From positions 62,001-126,000 of the forward strand of contig NMRA01000501.1 in assembly GCA_002633005.1 (NCBI GenBank): 64,000 nucleotides of DNA. The letters are read 5' to 3'. This stretch comes from Phoronis australis. Lineage: Eukaryota > Animalia > Phoronida. Shown in pieces: positions 47,654-61,000 of the stretch. How positions within the stretch are numbered: position 1 is the stretch's first letter; the number at the start of each line of letters is the position of its first letter. Both the position numbers and the translations under genes were made by a program. A model generated the notes under the pieces. The model worked only from the letters and a program-made list of their open reading frames with translations, ran no database searches and had not been told where the DNA came from.

Positions 47654-50600
47654 TCACCACAAATGGGCCTCATGCTGTGGCATCTTGACGACCCCGACCC
47701 CACCCCCCAGCCTGCGATAGTTCATTCCTCCGTACAACTTCCAACAGTTCTGCTCCGGGTCGTACACCTCGATGGTCTTCAGGTATGTAGTGCCGTCAAA
47801 CCCACCAATGGCCATTAGTTGTCCGTTGACGACAGCCAGCCCCACCTAGTGAGAGAACAGGAATTGGCTTACTTTCTACAAATGCCACGCCCACTCTAGT
47901 TAGATTGCCAGCTGCAAATCAATCAGATGCACTAATACACGGATGAATGGTGCTCAAAACATAAACAGGTTCATAAAGTTAATTTAATACATTGACTGAT
48001 ATTAAGTGAGCAATCTTACGAATCTGTAGTGAAGACTGTGAGTGAGCTTCCAAATCTTCTGAGACACTTTTTAAAGAAAAGTGGTATGCCAATCAGGTTT
48101 CTTTGAATTTGTAATTTCATGATGTTTTGAAACCTATTTTAATTAGCACGGACCTGATCAATGTAAAAGTGTTTCCTTAATTTCAGACAACACGTCATTT
48201 TCAAAACTTTCATTTGATTAAAAACTAGTAACTCTAAGACAATGTTTGTCAAAGGTTGTATGTCCAGCCATAGCTAACATGGGGTTGAACGCATGAGCAC
48301 TGTAAAAACGATACTGCGTTTTTTATCAGAGCAACTAACGTGAAGTTCAACTTCATATCAAGTTTCCATATTCAATCACCAGCTTCACGAGAGACACTAA
48401 TTAACTGCGCAGCCACATTAAAATCAGACTCAGAATTATGACCGTAGCAGCAAAAATTCTACGTTTGGTAAAACGATCCTCTGAACCGTACTGAATTTTA
48501 AATCTGGATATTCGTTGTAATAAACTAGACAAAGCTGACCACTACTAGCAATCCATAAATTCTTTGGTTGCATTTAATAAAATGCCAATTATCACAAGAT
48601 GTCATGATGACACTTATGACCTCCATAAACATGACTATCTCACCCCACTCCTTCTGGATGTCATGGCGACCACCGGTTGCCAGGAATTGGTCTGTGGATT
48701 GTAACGCTCGGCACTGCTTAACTCTGTGGCATCGTCACGGCCACCCACAGCATAAATCATATTGTTGTACACGGCGACACCTAGGTGCTTGCGCCTGGTA
48801 CCCATTGGTGAGACTGGCGTCCATCTATTACTGCGCGGATCATAGCGCTCCACTGAAACCAAGTAAAAATGTTAATGGTCAATAACACTCTTAACAACAT
48901 AAGTCACCTGGATTTAAATTCTTGTAGGACATCAGTTTTAACTCAATCCCCGCAGTATTAGCCCACCTTCATTTTCTACTTATTCTACCAATCCACATAC
49001 TCCAGCGTAAGCGCAATACCAATTTTTTGTAACTTTTGCTATTCCTGGTATGAATAGCCAAATTGATTATTTGCAAAAATGAGGCTCGTCCATTTACCTC
49101 AAAGAATTTTGTATGAATTTCCATTAGTTTCTAACCTTTTCTTCTTCCATGCCAAGTATTTTGTCTCAGTTACAATGTTTAGACAAAAAGATGTTCCGTC
49201 CTTGCCTCCAAAGGCAATTGGTTAATCATCAAGTAAAGACACGCCCACTCAGTGTGAGGAAACAGAACCCACCTGTATTTAATGGCGACGTTCCATCACT
49301 GCCCCCAACAGCAAACAGGTAACCCCCTAGGACAGCCACGCCCACTCCAAGGCGACGTGTGCTCATGGATGACACTTTGGTCCACCGATTCGTTTGCGGG
49401 TCGTAGCGCTCGACAAAGTTGAGACATGATACCCCGTCCTGGCCACCAACGGCATACATATAGGCATCAAGCACAGCGACACCTACTGAAGTACGACAGG
49501 AGCTGGTGGGCGCCACATCACTGCTCCATTGATTTGTCTGTGGGTCGTACCTGCGAAAGTCATTGGAGTACAGTACACCGTATCAGTATTTGACATACAA
49601 AATGACCTAAAATTCCCCGTAATGACGGGTGGGTGGAAGCCAAATTCATGGTCAAGAGTAGTTTTTCCTCATGAGGGAATTAACAAGAAGGTTTGTATGG
49701 AGGACAAGCCATACTGCAATTAGAATCTTGCTGTCCTAATAGTTATTAAAAGGATATCAAACCTGGTTTCGGCCTAAAAACAGGTATTAAAAACAACTTT
49801 CCTATCCAATTCTCTGAAACAAACTAATGCTCTGTAACCCTCGACAAGCCTCAAATGTTTTGAAGAAAATTTGAAAACCCCTTTCGTAGTCTCCTAGATG
49901 GGGAAGTGTAACCTACGATTTTAGCGAATTACAAGGCAACTGTGGGAAAAGACCACCCACCAAGAACCACAATGCCAAATTTGTGTGATGGGTGAATAAG
50001 TTTTTAGTTAATTCCTGCTTTTATCTTTCAACATTAACACCAATTATGCATTAGCAGGTGACACCAGAATTAGTTGAAATCCTAAAAACAGGGTTTTGTG
50101 TCCTTTTAAGAGAAATTTTTGCTGCCACCAGAATTAGGCACCATGAAAGGAAAACGGATTTTGGTCTGAAAAGTTTTGTCTGAAAACTTCTGTCTAGTTG
50201 AGCAACTTTCAAAAACATGTTGATATTACAAAACGTTATGCAATAGGGAAAGTTAATGTGCTTCGAAACGCCAATTTTTATTACGTTTTTTTCTACGCTG
50301 TCAGTTTAAGACTGCAGTGTCTGCATGCACTCCTTAATTTGAGGTCGTGGATCTGTCAATTAAACATACAAAAAGGCGTGTTCTTCAAAGAGGAATGTTA
50401 TCTATTCGAAGGCATGTCTGGCAATTTGGCATATTTTACGTACTCTGAAAGTTATTTTGTACCTTTTTAGTTGACCTTTACAAAAAACAAATTTAAACCA
50501 CAAAATAACGATTCCTCAAACCAGACATTTGATGCAGTGACCCAGTCACACAAAGCAAACACCGGTATCTGATTGGGTGAATTGCTTTTGGGTAAATTTG

Positions 50601-53600
50601 TTTACCTCATTACTCACTTCAAATGGCACTTTGTGATAAACTGAGACAGGAACTAAAAAGCTGCAGCAGTACATGTCTCAGCCATTGGGCACAGTGTCCG
50701 CATCCCACTTCCAGTAAGATTTTCATTAAATGCAAGAAATTATCCAAAAAGTTTCAAATTAACTTTCATGCTGAAATGACAAAAATGTCTTTAAAAGGTA
50801 TCCTTTCTGTTTCCATAGTCACACAAAGGATAATGGAAGAAATCTACAAAGCACAAGTACACATCTATATCTGGCTAACAAGCACCTTTCTATACTGTTC
50901 AAATAAGACTGGCCATCGTGACCCCCAACTGCGTACAAGAGGTCATTGAGCACGGCCACACCCACTCCACATCTCCGCTTGCTCATTGGTGCAACCATGC
51001 GCCACTCATTGGACTGTGGGTCATACCTCTCTACACTGGATATGGCATCACCACTGCACCAGCCTCCAACTGGAACGAAGAGAAACAGTTTTGTTGTAAC
51101 TATGCAAAGCATCTGTCGTAGCAACCGCTGCAGTCACGTAGACCAACGCCATCTGTTGTTTCTTTGAGTGTTTGAGAAGAAAGCAAACCAGCGTCACCAG
51201 AAAGAAATGCCAAGTCCTCCCTGTTTTCAACACAGTCACGTTATGGTTAACACATTCGTCAGCGTTTGCCTATAAGTCAGCTTCCTTCACTTTACCACCC
51301 ATGGCCAAGTAAGGCTTTCTGTTAGTGAACATTGAAGCCCCCATTTATGGGTGAAATACCCGATGTGTGTTACCAAAAGGTTGTGATTTGAAGAGTATTC
51401 AATATACAGTTTAAATGGATAATTGTGCAAAAACTCTACATTATGACCGTGCATAAAAATGTAGTGAAGTATACAACATTTTAGTGAAACAAGCTCCAAA
51501 CAGGAATTGGCTGAACATATTAATAGCATGCGTGTCCAAATGAACTTTTGAATACCACTGCTAGACGGGGGAAATATTGGTAATTTACTGTTACTTTATG
51601 AAGATAAATAAATCAAAAGTCCATCTCCTGTTCGCTCAGATACTGAGGTTTTACAGCTTCCAGCCGGGGTCCCTTTACTATCCAGACATAAGCGACTCAA
51701 ATCCCGGAAATAACTGCATCTAAATGAACACTGACAAGCCACAACATAGCAACAAATAAATATGTAGGACATCAATACACCAGGAGTTTATTCTGTGGTC
51801 AAAACATGATGTTGGCTGAAAGCAGAAATTGGGAATTTCCTGTTTCCGCTCATTTACAATGAGTAAATAGTTCTCAACACAAGTGGTTCACGAGTGTCTA
51901 GCACTTACACAGTGGAGCCCAGACTGTCTTACAGAGTTACACATACTCGGAAAGGATTTCCTTGGAAGTCAGCACAACCAACGACGACAGGTAACTGACT
52001 GAAAAAAACATGCATTACCGGCAAACAAGACCTCCCCGCATCGTATCGGTTTCCTCGGCCTAGTTCTTGGGCCCTGCATCAGGGGGCGCTCCTGAGGCAA
52101 CAACAGGTAGTTCTTGGCTTCATCCACCAGGTCTCTGCAAGCGTCGTCACTTTTGATGAGCAGGTCTGAGCCGACGGTTCCAACAAGGAACTTGGGGCTC
52201 ATTAGGGGTAATCGCACATGTTGTAGCACCTGCAAGTAACGGTAACTAACTAGTAAAAAAAATCTTTCCATTTCATTTCAGTTTTCGTCTTGTGAAAGGC
52301 CCTTTAACTTATGCCGTGGTTACATAATGTAATCAGATGCCAATGTGACAAGTTTGTGGCAGAAAAATGGTCATATCCGCCAATGACTATAGAGGGAGAG
52401 CCAGCTGGGTGTCACCAACAAATATCTCCAAATGCTTTCACTGATCCAATAAAAAGTTGGCTGATTATTAAATGAGCAGAAAAGGCATCCCACAAATCTC
52501 TAGTTTGGGATACACACCCATTAGGTTTTGTGTAACTGTAAACTGGTCAAAGTGGTGGTGCATAAGCAAAATGTATAACTGTTGATGTAAATACATACCC
52601 TCGACTATTTCAAACAAATACTATTAAAGGTTGCGGACAACCGCTGTTTCCAGTGATCCTGTTCTTTAATGATAGTTGTAAGCCCATGAAACTATAATAT
52701 TAATTTTAAAATCCTAGATGTTCTCGGACGTTTGTTACATAATAAAGACCATGCTATTGTGTGACCAACACTTTTCCAAGAGTGTCATAACTTCCACAGC
52801 GAGGACACTTTATCAACACTCACAAGGAATGTTTCTTCCTTCTATTAGCCATAAGAGGCTTCATTTTTGCTGAGGACTTTCAGCTAGAAAACACATCAGC
52901 CAAGAATTAACTTTCAATCTTCCCACCACAAAAGAGGTAATTTTTGACTGCCTCATTCTCAAGCTAAATGGCAAGAACAAAAAATCCCAAACATGTTGAC
53001 CACGAGGTACCACCGTCCACCATAGATTTACGACAGTCCAACCATGACCAGCTCTACCTACCATAGCTAAATGCTGCCTGCGCTCCTGAGCATTGTACTT
53101 GATCCAGGCCATGACAGCACTATACACCTGTTCCTCATTACGAACATTCAGCTCTTCACTGCCGATAATGTCCATCAGTTGATTGATTGGTAGAAGTAAG
53201 AACTCCTCGCTCTCCATCACCTGACAAGCACATTTACAGGTATACCCACTGTAGAACACGCGTTCTTCCACACATGACCATTGATGCAGACCACATGCCA
53301 ATACAAAAACTGGTCAAAATATGCCTAAAGTCAGACTAGAAAGAGGTTCTCAAAATTCCTATAATGGCAAAAATATCAATTTTGGCTAATTTTGTAGCAA
53401 TGAAGAGGCCTCATTGTATTTCGATTTTTAACGTATCAAATGAAAAAATGTTGCAATTTTAATTGCACAAAACTGGAAATTTTAAAAGTTGGTAAAGTGA
53501 AATTATGTCATCCAATAAAGAGGCCCCTAATACCTCGAAAGACAATTTAAGAGTTTGCGACTGCATGAAACAGTCCCAGATGCATATATCAACTGAGATC

Positions 53601-54504
53601 CCAAAATCTTCTGTGTACTTGTGTCATTCTTTACTAAAAGAATGTAATTCTTTTGTATGATTTTATGTTTACTACAGGCTCCCCTTTGACTAATGACATT
53701 TTCTAAAAACATAACCAAACAACTATTAAAGACCTTTTGTTTCAATGAAAACAAATAGGAACTTAGACCTTAAATTAGGGGCGTAGCATGAAAAGATCCC
53801 TACTTATTTTCAATAACATTGAGAATTCAACAAATTCACTCTCAATTTGTATCAAAGCCAAAAATTGAGTAACTAATGAATCAAAAACAGCATAAAAAGG
53901 ACAATCAGCATTTTCAGGTGTCCACAAATGCGCAGTAGATTTTGGGAACTTAGTAGAGTCCCAATTTGAGACTGTTAATGCAACCAGGCATAGGTCTACT
54001 ATTTACCTCTTGGAAATTATGTTGAGTGAATTTGTCCGCAATGCGCAACAAATCTCTACATGCATGCGTGTCGGCAAATGCACGGATACCGAGACAATTT
54101 GTCGGGTCGAGTTGTCGCTTGAGAAACTCACAGCAAACGTCTTGAATTTCAGCTAACTGCAACAGGCAGGCCGCAGGTAACAGTGTCTGAACATTGCTCT
54201 CCTCGACTGTAATACTGGACGTATAGCAGAAATCAACAAGCAGCTCCATCGCCTGCTCGTCTATGTCGCGAATAGTCACTTCAGTTTGTCGGCTCTCGGC
54301 GAGCTCTCCTGTGAACATGGCATGAAAGTATGGACTGCACGCTGAAAGGATGACGCGGTGAGCAAAAATCTTTCTCTGTCCCACAATCAGCACAACGTCA
54401 CATAATTCACGATGCTTGCGTAACACATTTATGGCTTCAAGGGTGTGTCGAGGGTGCTTGTCGGAGGTGTAGGCTAGCCGGGCGGGAGACGGGGGTCTGT
54501 CCAT
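47654..54504 (-). CDS. KLHL20: Kelch-like protein 20 / diablo (BTB-BACK-Kelch CUL3 substrate adaptor), about 576 aa
   Basis: Exons 54504-54007, 53220-53062, 52229-52019, 51069-50886, 49550-49273, 48852-48644, 47845-47654; total 1731 nt in frame. [52 protein letters not shown] are diagnostic. An in-frame TGA lies just upstream of the ATG within the exon; the exact N-terminus depends on leader splicing. Confidence 0.97.
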
Positions 54505-57240
54505 GTCTTGCAAGTGTTGTCAACTAGCACTGTGTCATAGTTCAAAGCTGAAATAAAAAGACAGAACTTGTTGTAAGCCTTGGCAACTAGCACTAGATCA
54601 TATTTCAAAGCTGAGAAAAGACAAAAGGCAATTACCCTAACTTCTACCAGTCCTCCACTTCCTGTTTTTACCAGAAAAGAGGTCGTTACCCCCTATGGCA
54701 GTATTGCCACGCTGGTATCCACTTCCACATCTCACTTGGGTAAGTTAAAGGGAAGCATTACCTTTCAATTTGTATTGGTCAATTAGGCATATTTTACAGA
54801 ATGTCAAAGCCAGGTATTCCTTTTTCAATTGTGTTCAATTGCCAACAAAATCATCCCAGTGGGTCAGTTCAAAGACTCTAACTAGTCTGAAAATGAAATG
54901 GGACCAGCTAGCATCAAATGACTGGTCTAAACCGAGTGACAGGTCACTGCACTCACTCACTGTCACTGGTCAGTGACTGTGTCAAGTGACCAGTGTCAGT
55001 GACTGAGTTCTAGCAATTACACTGCGATAGTACATCCCCAAAAAAGTTATTAAGAATTTCAAAAAAAGGAAATAAAATCTAATGAAACAAGCATATATGC
55101 ACATGGAGTTATAATAAGTCTAGAGACGATCCAGTCAAGATAATTTGAACTAATCGATGAAAATCTGTCGTGGTTTGCTCGAGTTTCTCTTACCGGGTGC
55201 CATTTTGAGGAAGTTACGTAAAATCACACATGCTGACGAATCAAAAGTCCAAGGGACACAAATCTTACAAATTTCACCTGATACCTTCCCATGCTATTTT
55301 GCAAATGTCATGCGCCAGCGTCATGCGTTCGCTCAGTTTCGCACTAGCCTAACTCTTGTGACTCAATTGAAATATTTTGTGGTTATCGCGAGAGTACTGA
55401 AAAAGTTAACAGTGACCAAAAAAGTGGAGTTGGAATTATTCGCCAGTCACCTTAATTCTCGTAACTAAGCTTCATCGAAGATATGTATAGAAGTACTCAA
55501 GTCAAGTAGAAAGGACTAAAGGCAATATGGCTATGACAGAGTGAGAGTTAGGCAATGACCATCGCCTCTGTTGTCCCGAAGCAGAGGCGATGTAGAGGCT
55601 ATAGGCGCTCTGTACGCCGGAAGCTTTTCGGCGAATTATGCCTCGCACCGACTGAACCATCAAAGTCACGTTGTTACAAATACCTTTTGCGCATAGAGGA
55701 ACACCTTAGGAGGTTGTCGATGTGTTTAATTCCTTCCAAGTCGAACAAATACTCCCGTTATGGAACTTTTTCTTCGAGCAGTCCCTATTTCAGTTCCCAA
55801 AATCGTGAACTCAACTTTTTCATTTTTTTAACCAGGCCGAAGGTCAGAAGTTGCGGACCTACCGGCGAACTTTGAAAGCTGAAGTTCCCGCCCTTCGCGT
55901 ACGTGCTGCCGGGAACCAGCCGTGCATTTGCCGTGTTGTTAAACATTAAAATGTCAAATATGTGCAAAAAGACTATTAAATGTCATATCAACAGCATTTG
56001 TTTTTATCAAATACAAACAATGATTCATTGAAATACAATCAGTTTCAAGTAACGCCAATTAAAGACAAGTATAAGTGGTGGCATTTTGGAAACGAACATT
56101 TGACTGCCAAGACCGCAATGGCTCACCTTTGGCCTATTTAAAGATTGAGGTCATGAATTGGAGCGTGCGCAGTATAAAAANTGCTTGTCAGAGGTGTAGG
56201 CTAGCCGGGCGGGAGACGGGGGTCTGTCCATGTCTTGCAAGTGTTGTCAACTAGCACTGTGTCGTAGTTCAAAGCTGAAATAAAAAGACAGAACTTGTTG
56301 TAAGCCTTGGCAACTAGCACTAGATCATATTTCAAAGCTGAGAAAAGACAAAAGGCAAAACGTTCAAAAAAACAAATGAATACAAAAGTTTGAATTTGAC
56401 TACAGTTTTGCAACAAAGTTTACAGTACACTAGCAAACTACCTTCTACCAGTCCTCCACTTCCTGTTTAACCAGAAAAGAGGTCGGTACCCCCATCAGCC
56501 CATGGCAGTATCGTCACGCTGGTATCCACTTCCACATCTTATTTGCATAAGTTAAAGGGAAGCATTACCTTTGAATGTGTATTGGTCAATTAGGCATATT
56601 TTACAGAATGTCAAAGCCAGGTATTCCTTTTTCAATTGTGTTCAATTGCCAACAAAATCATCCCAGTGAGTCAGTTCAAAGACTCTAACTAGTCTGAAAA
56701 TGAAATGGGACCAACTAGTATCAAATGACTGGTCTAAACCGAGTGACAGGTCACTGCACTCACTCACTGTCACTGGTCAGTGACCGTGTCAAGTGACCAG
56801 TGTCAGTGACTGAGTTCTAGCAATTACATTGCGATAGTACATCCCCAAAAAGTTATTAAGAATTTCAAAAAAAGGAAATAAAATCTAATGAAACATGCAT
56901 ACGTGCACATGGAGTTATATTAAGTCTGGAGACAATCCAGTCAAGATAATTTGAACTAATCGATGAAAATCTGTCGTGGTTTGCTCGATTTTCTCTTACC
57001 GGGTGCCATTTTGAGGAAGTTACGTAAAATCACACATGTTGACGAATCAAAAGTCCAAGGGACACAAATTTCACCCGATACCTTCCCATGCTATTTTGCA
57101 AATGTCATGTGCCAGCGTCACGCATTCGCTCAGTCTCGCACTAGCCCTTGCCTAACTCACGTGACTCAATTGAAATACTTTGTATCGCGAGAGTACTGAA
57201 AAAGTTAACAGTGACCAAAAAAGTGGAGTTGGAATTATTT
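54455..57240. repeat. Direct duplication of about 1 kb (54455-55440 vs 56182-57240) covering the KLHL20 start and leader, meeting at N 56181
   Basis: Colinear near-identical sequence; the second copy starts right after the N in mid-exon and has an extra ~80 bp at about 56358-56440. Confidence 0.93.
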
Positions 57241-58053
57241 GCAGTATTATAAGGCAATATGAATATGGCAATGAACAAAGAAAGCGCTTTTTTAGTGATA
57301 TAGTTTTAAGACGTGGAATGTATTTTCGACGAAGTGAAAACTCAAAATCGGTGGCCGGATTTGGTCTACCGCCCGTTCAAAATGCATGAAACGAAATGCG
57401 TACAGAAAGCGATGGGAAGTATAGTAGCCCCTAACCCGGCCTAACCGGCCAACCGAGTGTACGTGTTGCCTATGATGACAGAGTGAGAGTGAAACAGCTG
57501 AGTGATCGTCTCTCAGTCTTAAAAACAGAGACTGCGTATAATTATTTTTTAACTCAAAACTTACGATATGTTTGATACAGGTGACATCCGTAATATCTTT
57601 GGGTAATTCACATCTCCATCACCACATATTTAAGGGAAATTAACTGAAAATGTATAATCACTGATAATTAAGACTTCCTAGAGGAGCAGGAAGGAAGATG
57701 GCGATTATTGACCTTAGACGAGTTTGTCAAACAATGCGTGATTGGCTAATATAGTTTAAGGGGAACTCACAAATACCTCAACATTCACGTGCTCTTGAGA
57801 AAGAAAATGGATTAAAACGCTCTGAAATAATTTAAAGTGCTAAATGCGGATTAAATACAATTCAATGTGAGAATTTCTTGACGATAATTTCCGATATTAT
57901 CGGATTTCCCGAAACCTCCAAAAAATCACCAACCAATCAAACGTGGTCTATTACGCATGCCTCGGTTTTACGTGACATCACAAGTGTTGTTCGATACAGG
58001 GTCAGCTTGGAGTTTCCAAGGCTGATTGTGCGAACCCAGCTTTCTAACTTACA
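57000..58053. promoter_or_regulatory. Probable bidirectional promoter for KLHL20 (-) and ANKRD45 (+)
   Basis: About 1 kb between a minus-strand CAAAATGGCACCCG|GTAAGAG leader exon end (about 57000-57015) and the ANKRD45 ATG. CpG-enriched; CCAAT boxes at about 57741 and 57933; TTACGTGACATCA at about 57968. Confidence 0.5.
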
Positions 58054-61000
58054 ATGTCACCAACGGACGGAGAAGAAGACGAAGGTGCAATTGACATTGA
58101 ACCAACACCTGGGCCTTCTGACGTCAACATTGTCATGAGATGTGCATTGAAAGGATCTGTTTCTCGGTTGCAAAAGGTGATTTTCGGAACCACTGAGGAA
58201 CGAAGCACCTGTCACTGCGTGTCAGTTGTCAGATACATTCACGGGCACATTTAATCAGCCGCGCTTGTCATGACACTGTAATATGTATTATTGTATAATG
58301 TCCAGCGGCTGGTGAGAATGTATGTGATACAATCCAGTGCTCTCCACACACTCAAAAATTCAACCAGGTTGCATTTACAATCAATTTGAAAATTTAGACA
58401 GTGTGCACCATGTGCAATGATTATATGGTCATGAGGTCATAGAGAAAATACAAAAATGATACTTTTTTGTTCAAAATGAAAATATCAATTGCTGTGTGCT
58501 ATCCAAATAGGTCAGAGGCAAAATCAAACCGGTTGTGGGGACCTTTTTATGGAGAACACTGCAAAGATCACCAGAATTTAGGTTTGGGCCGCTTCCCAGG
58601 AGTTAATCTTTTTGCCTTTGAAGTTGGATGTTGCCCCTGAATTGTGAATTGAACCATGCACATCCTCAAGTCTATGCCTTTGGGTGATTTGGAATCCCTA
58701 TTGTCCATGTTATTTTTTTGTCCTTCCTCGTTTCCAATTTTAATAGCCCTATTCAGAGGGCCTATTCATTATTGACCTGAGTTAAGCAATTGTCAGCCGT
58801 TATGAAATTATTTTTGCACCAATGACGCAGGTCACGCTACAAAAATTACGTGATCACTCCATGAAATTCTCAGAGTCTAAGGACTCACCTTACTGATTAG
58901 ACAGGAGTCAGTGTTCACTCATCCCAGCTAGACAGTACCTGCACATTGACTCAACTGGCCTCAGACAGTGGCCATCCCAAAGGTCCTCTATATGCCGGAC
59001 GTCTTTGCTGAAGTATGCCTTATCACTGATTAATCTATCAGTCATGTGGCTTTAAGTACCTTTTGAGCTTAGAGGGACAACGTCAAAGGCTGTCGTTGTC
59101 TTTAACTTTTCCCAGTGATATAAGTCAAGCAATCAAACTTTTTTCAAACAGTCCTTCAATCAGTTGCCCAAATCGGCAACTGGCCATTTTTACACTGCTC
59201 GTACCAGGAGGAGACATGACATCAAATCCCGTGTCTAAAAGTCGTTCTCTTATTTCAGTGTTTTGACGATGAAGAAGATGAATATCACGAATCTGTGGGT
59301 GACTATGTTAATGAACGCGATGACGAAGGCAGGTCACCTCTGGACATGGCAGCCACATTGGGCCGGACAGATATGGTGAAGGAACTGGTCACTAGGGGCG
59401 CTGAGGTCAACAACAGTACATCAAAGGGTAACTGCACTGTATCAAAGTCATTTCAGAATTCTACATGAGATGAATTTTTATTATTTTGCATGCCACTTGA
59501 CATGTGATATTTTGTGGAATGAGTTGCACCAGGACATAGTATAGTTGAGGGACGGGTCAGGGCTAATTTATGAACCATCAACATCTCTCTGGACAGCTTG
59601 CCATCGGTCCCGTGCCACCCTCCATTCGTGTCGCTGCTGCGTGCTTGTCAAAATATCCGTCAACTGTGAACCTTTTCTCAGAAGCTATCAAATTCAGTAT
59701 GTCCAGACGGCAGTCATGAAAAAATAACGAAACTTATCACATTTAAGTTTGCTTTCCATATATATACACTGCACGTTTATGTTTTTAAAATGGCTATAAA
59801 CTGGCCTTCCATCCAGAACAATAAAATGATAATTTAGACCACTTACTGGTTAAGAAATTGGTCTCAAATTGTTTCTTAAATCAAAATGGAGGCGATGTCA
59901 AGACTTTGAGAGAACTGACAATACATTACTTCTTGAGACCAAGCTCCAACAGGTGGCGTGTTATGATGTGTATGGAGGAGACAGTGTGGCTCAGTGGTTA
60001 GAGCTCTGGACTCCTGCATGAGAGACCTGTAGTGGCTTCAAATCCTGGCTTTAGTGCACAAAGGTGTCTCCTATTCCTCTGAATTCGGTCTTACTTGTGA
60101 ATGTGTGCAAGGGAGTGAATGAGAACCTGTTGATGACCATGGTGTATATTAGCCCTTGGCTAAAGCGCGTTTCCTTTAAAAAAAGTGTTGTTTTATGCAC
60201 CAAGCGTGGTATCAAGGAAAACCGAACTGTCAGTTGTTTCCAAACCAAGCATCACAAATCACTTCTCAGCTGAGTAATGTACAAGTTTAGACTTTTATAG
60301 TGGCTAGTGGTCTAAATCAAATTTCGCTTCTTGAATGGAGCATAGGTTTATAGCTCTGTTTTAAGTGTTTCTATTTTGTCTTTCAATGTCGTCAGAGTTC
60401 ACACTTCTCATGTGTTTGTTGTCACCAGGTTACACAGCTCTTCACCGGGCCGCTGCTTGGGGTAAATTGGACGTCATCAAGGTCTTGGTGGAGCATGGAG
60501 CTGACCTACAGATCAAGACGAATAACGAAGAGCGTGCACGTGAAACAGCGCTACGATACGAACACACGGAATGCGTCGACTATCTAGACTGGGCTGGTAT
60601 GCACTCTGGTGTAACACACATACAAGATATTTATTTACCTGAGGACAAAAATGCATAGTTGTTTTTTTTGAAAAGCAAGTCGATGGTGTGGTGTTTTATT
60701 TGTTGGTCGCTTTTTCAAGAAAGAAAATCCACCTGAGTTGTACTAGAATCATGCAGGATTTGTTTTTTAGTCATCACGTGGTATTTCAAACCTTGCCTAT
60801 GTGCCTTTGTGCAGCTTTCCATAAAAGATAAAGTCGAGACCTTGGCTGAAATTAATGCAAGTGGGTGGGCTCTGGTCTCAAAATGAGTCTGGACAAGACC
60901 CGACTAATGCTTTTTTGGCCCATCAGAACGCTTTTCAGTAGTGTGTTAAATCATGTTACTATAAAGTAGGATTTTTTCATTTCTCTTTTAGATACTAAGC

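Noticed and set aside
53950-54513. ORF-track boundaries for KLHL20 and other exon-containing ORFs
   Set aside because: They start at TTG/GTG or run into introns; splice sites define the real limits.
55555-55967. ORFs of 106 and 60 aa as a gene or transposase
   Set aside because: No recognisable domain; continuation is broken by stops.
56182-56350. KLHL20 paralogue or pseudogene
   Set aside because: Truncated exactly at the N and nearly identical including intron sequence; better explained as an assembly overlap.
59977-60050. tRNA genes here and at about 21291, 35200, 35790, 44320, 63380
   Set aside because: Only A/B boxes are recognisable, there is no convincing cloverleaf, and most are joined to SINE bodies.
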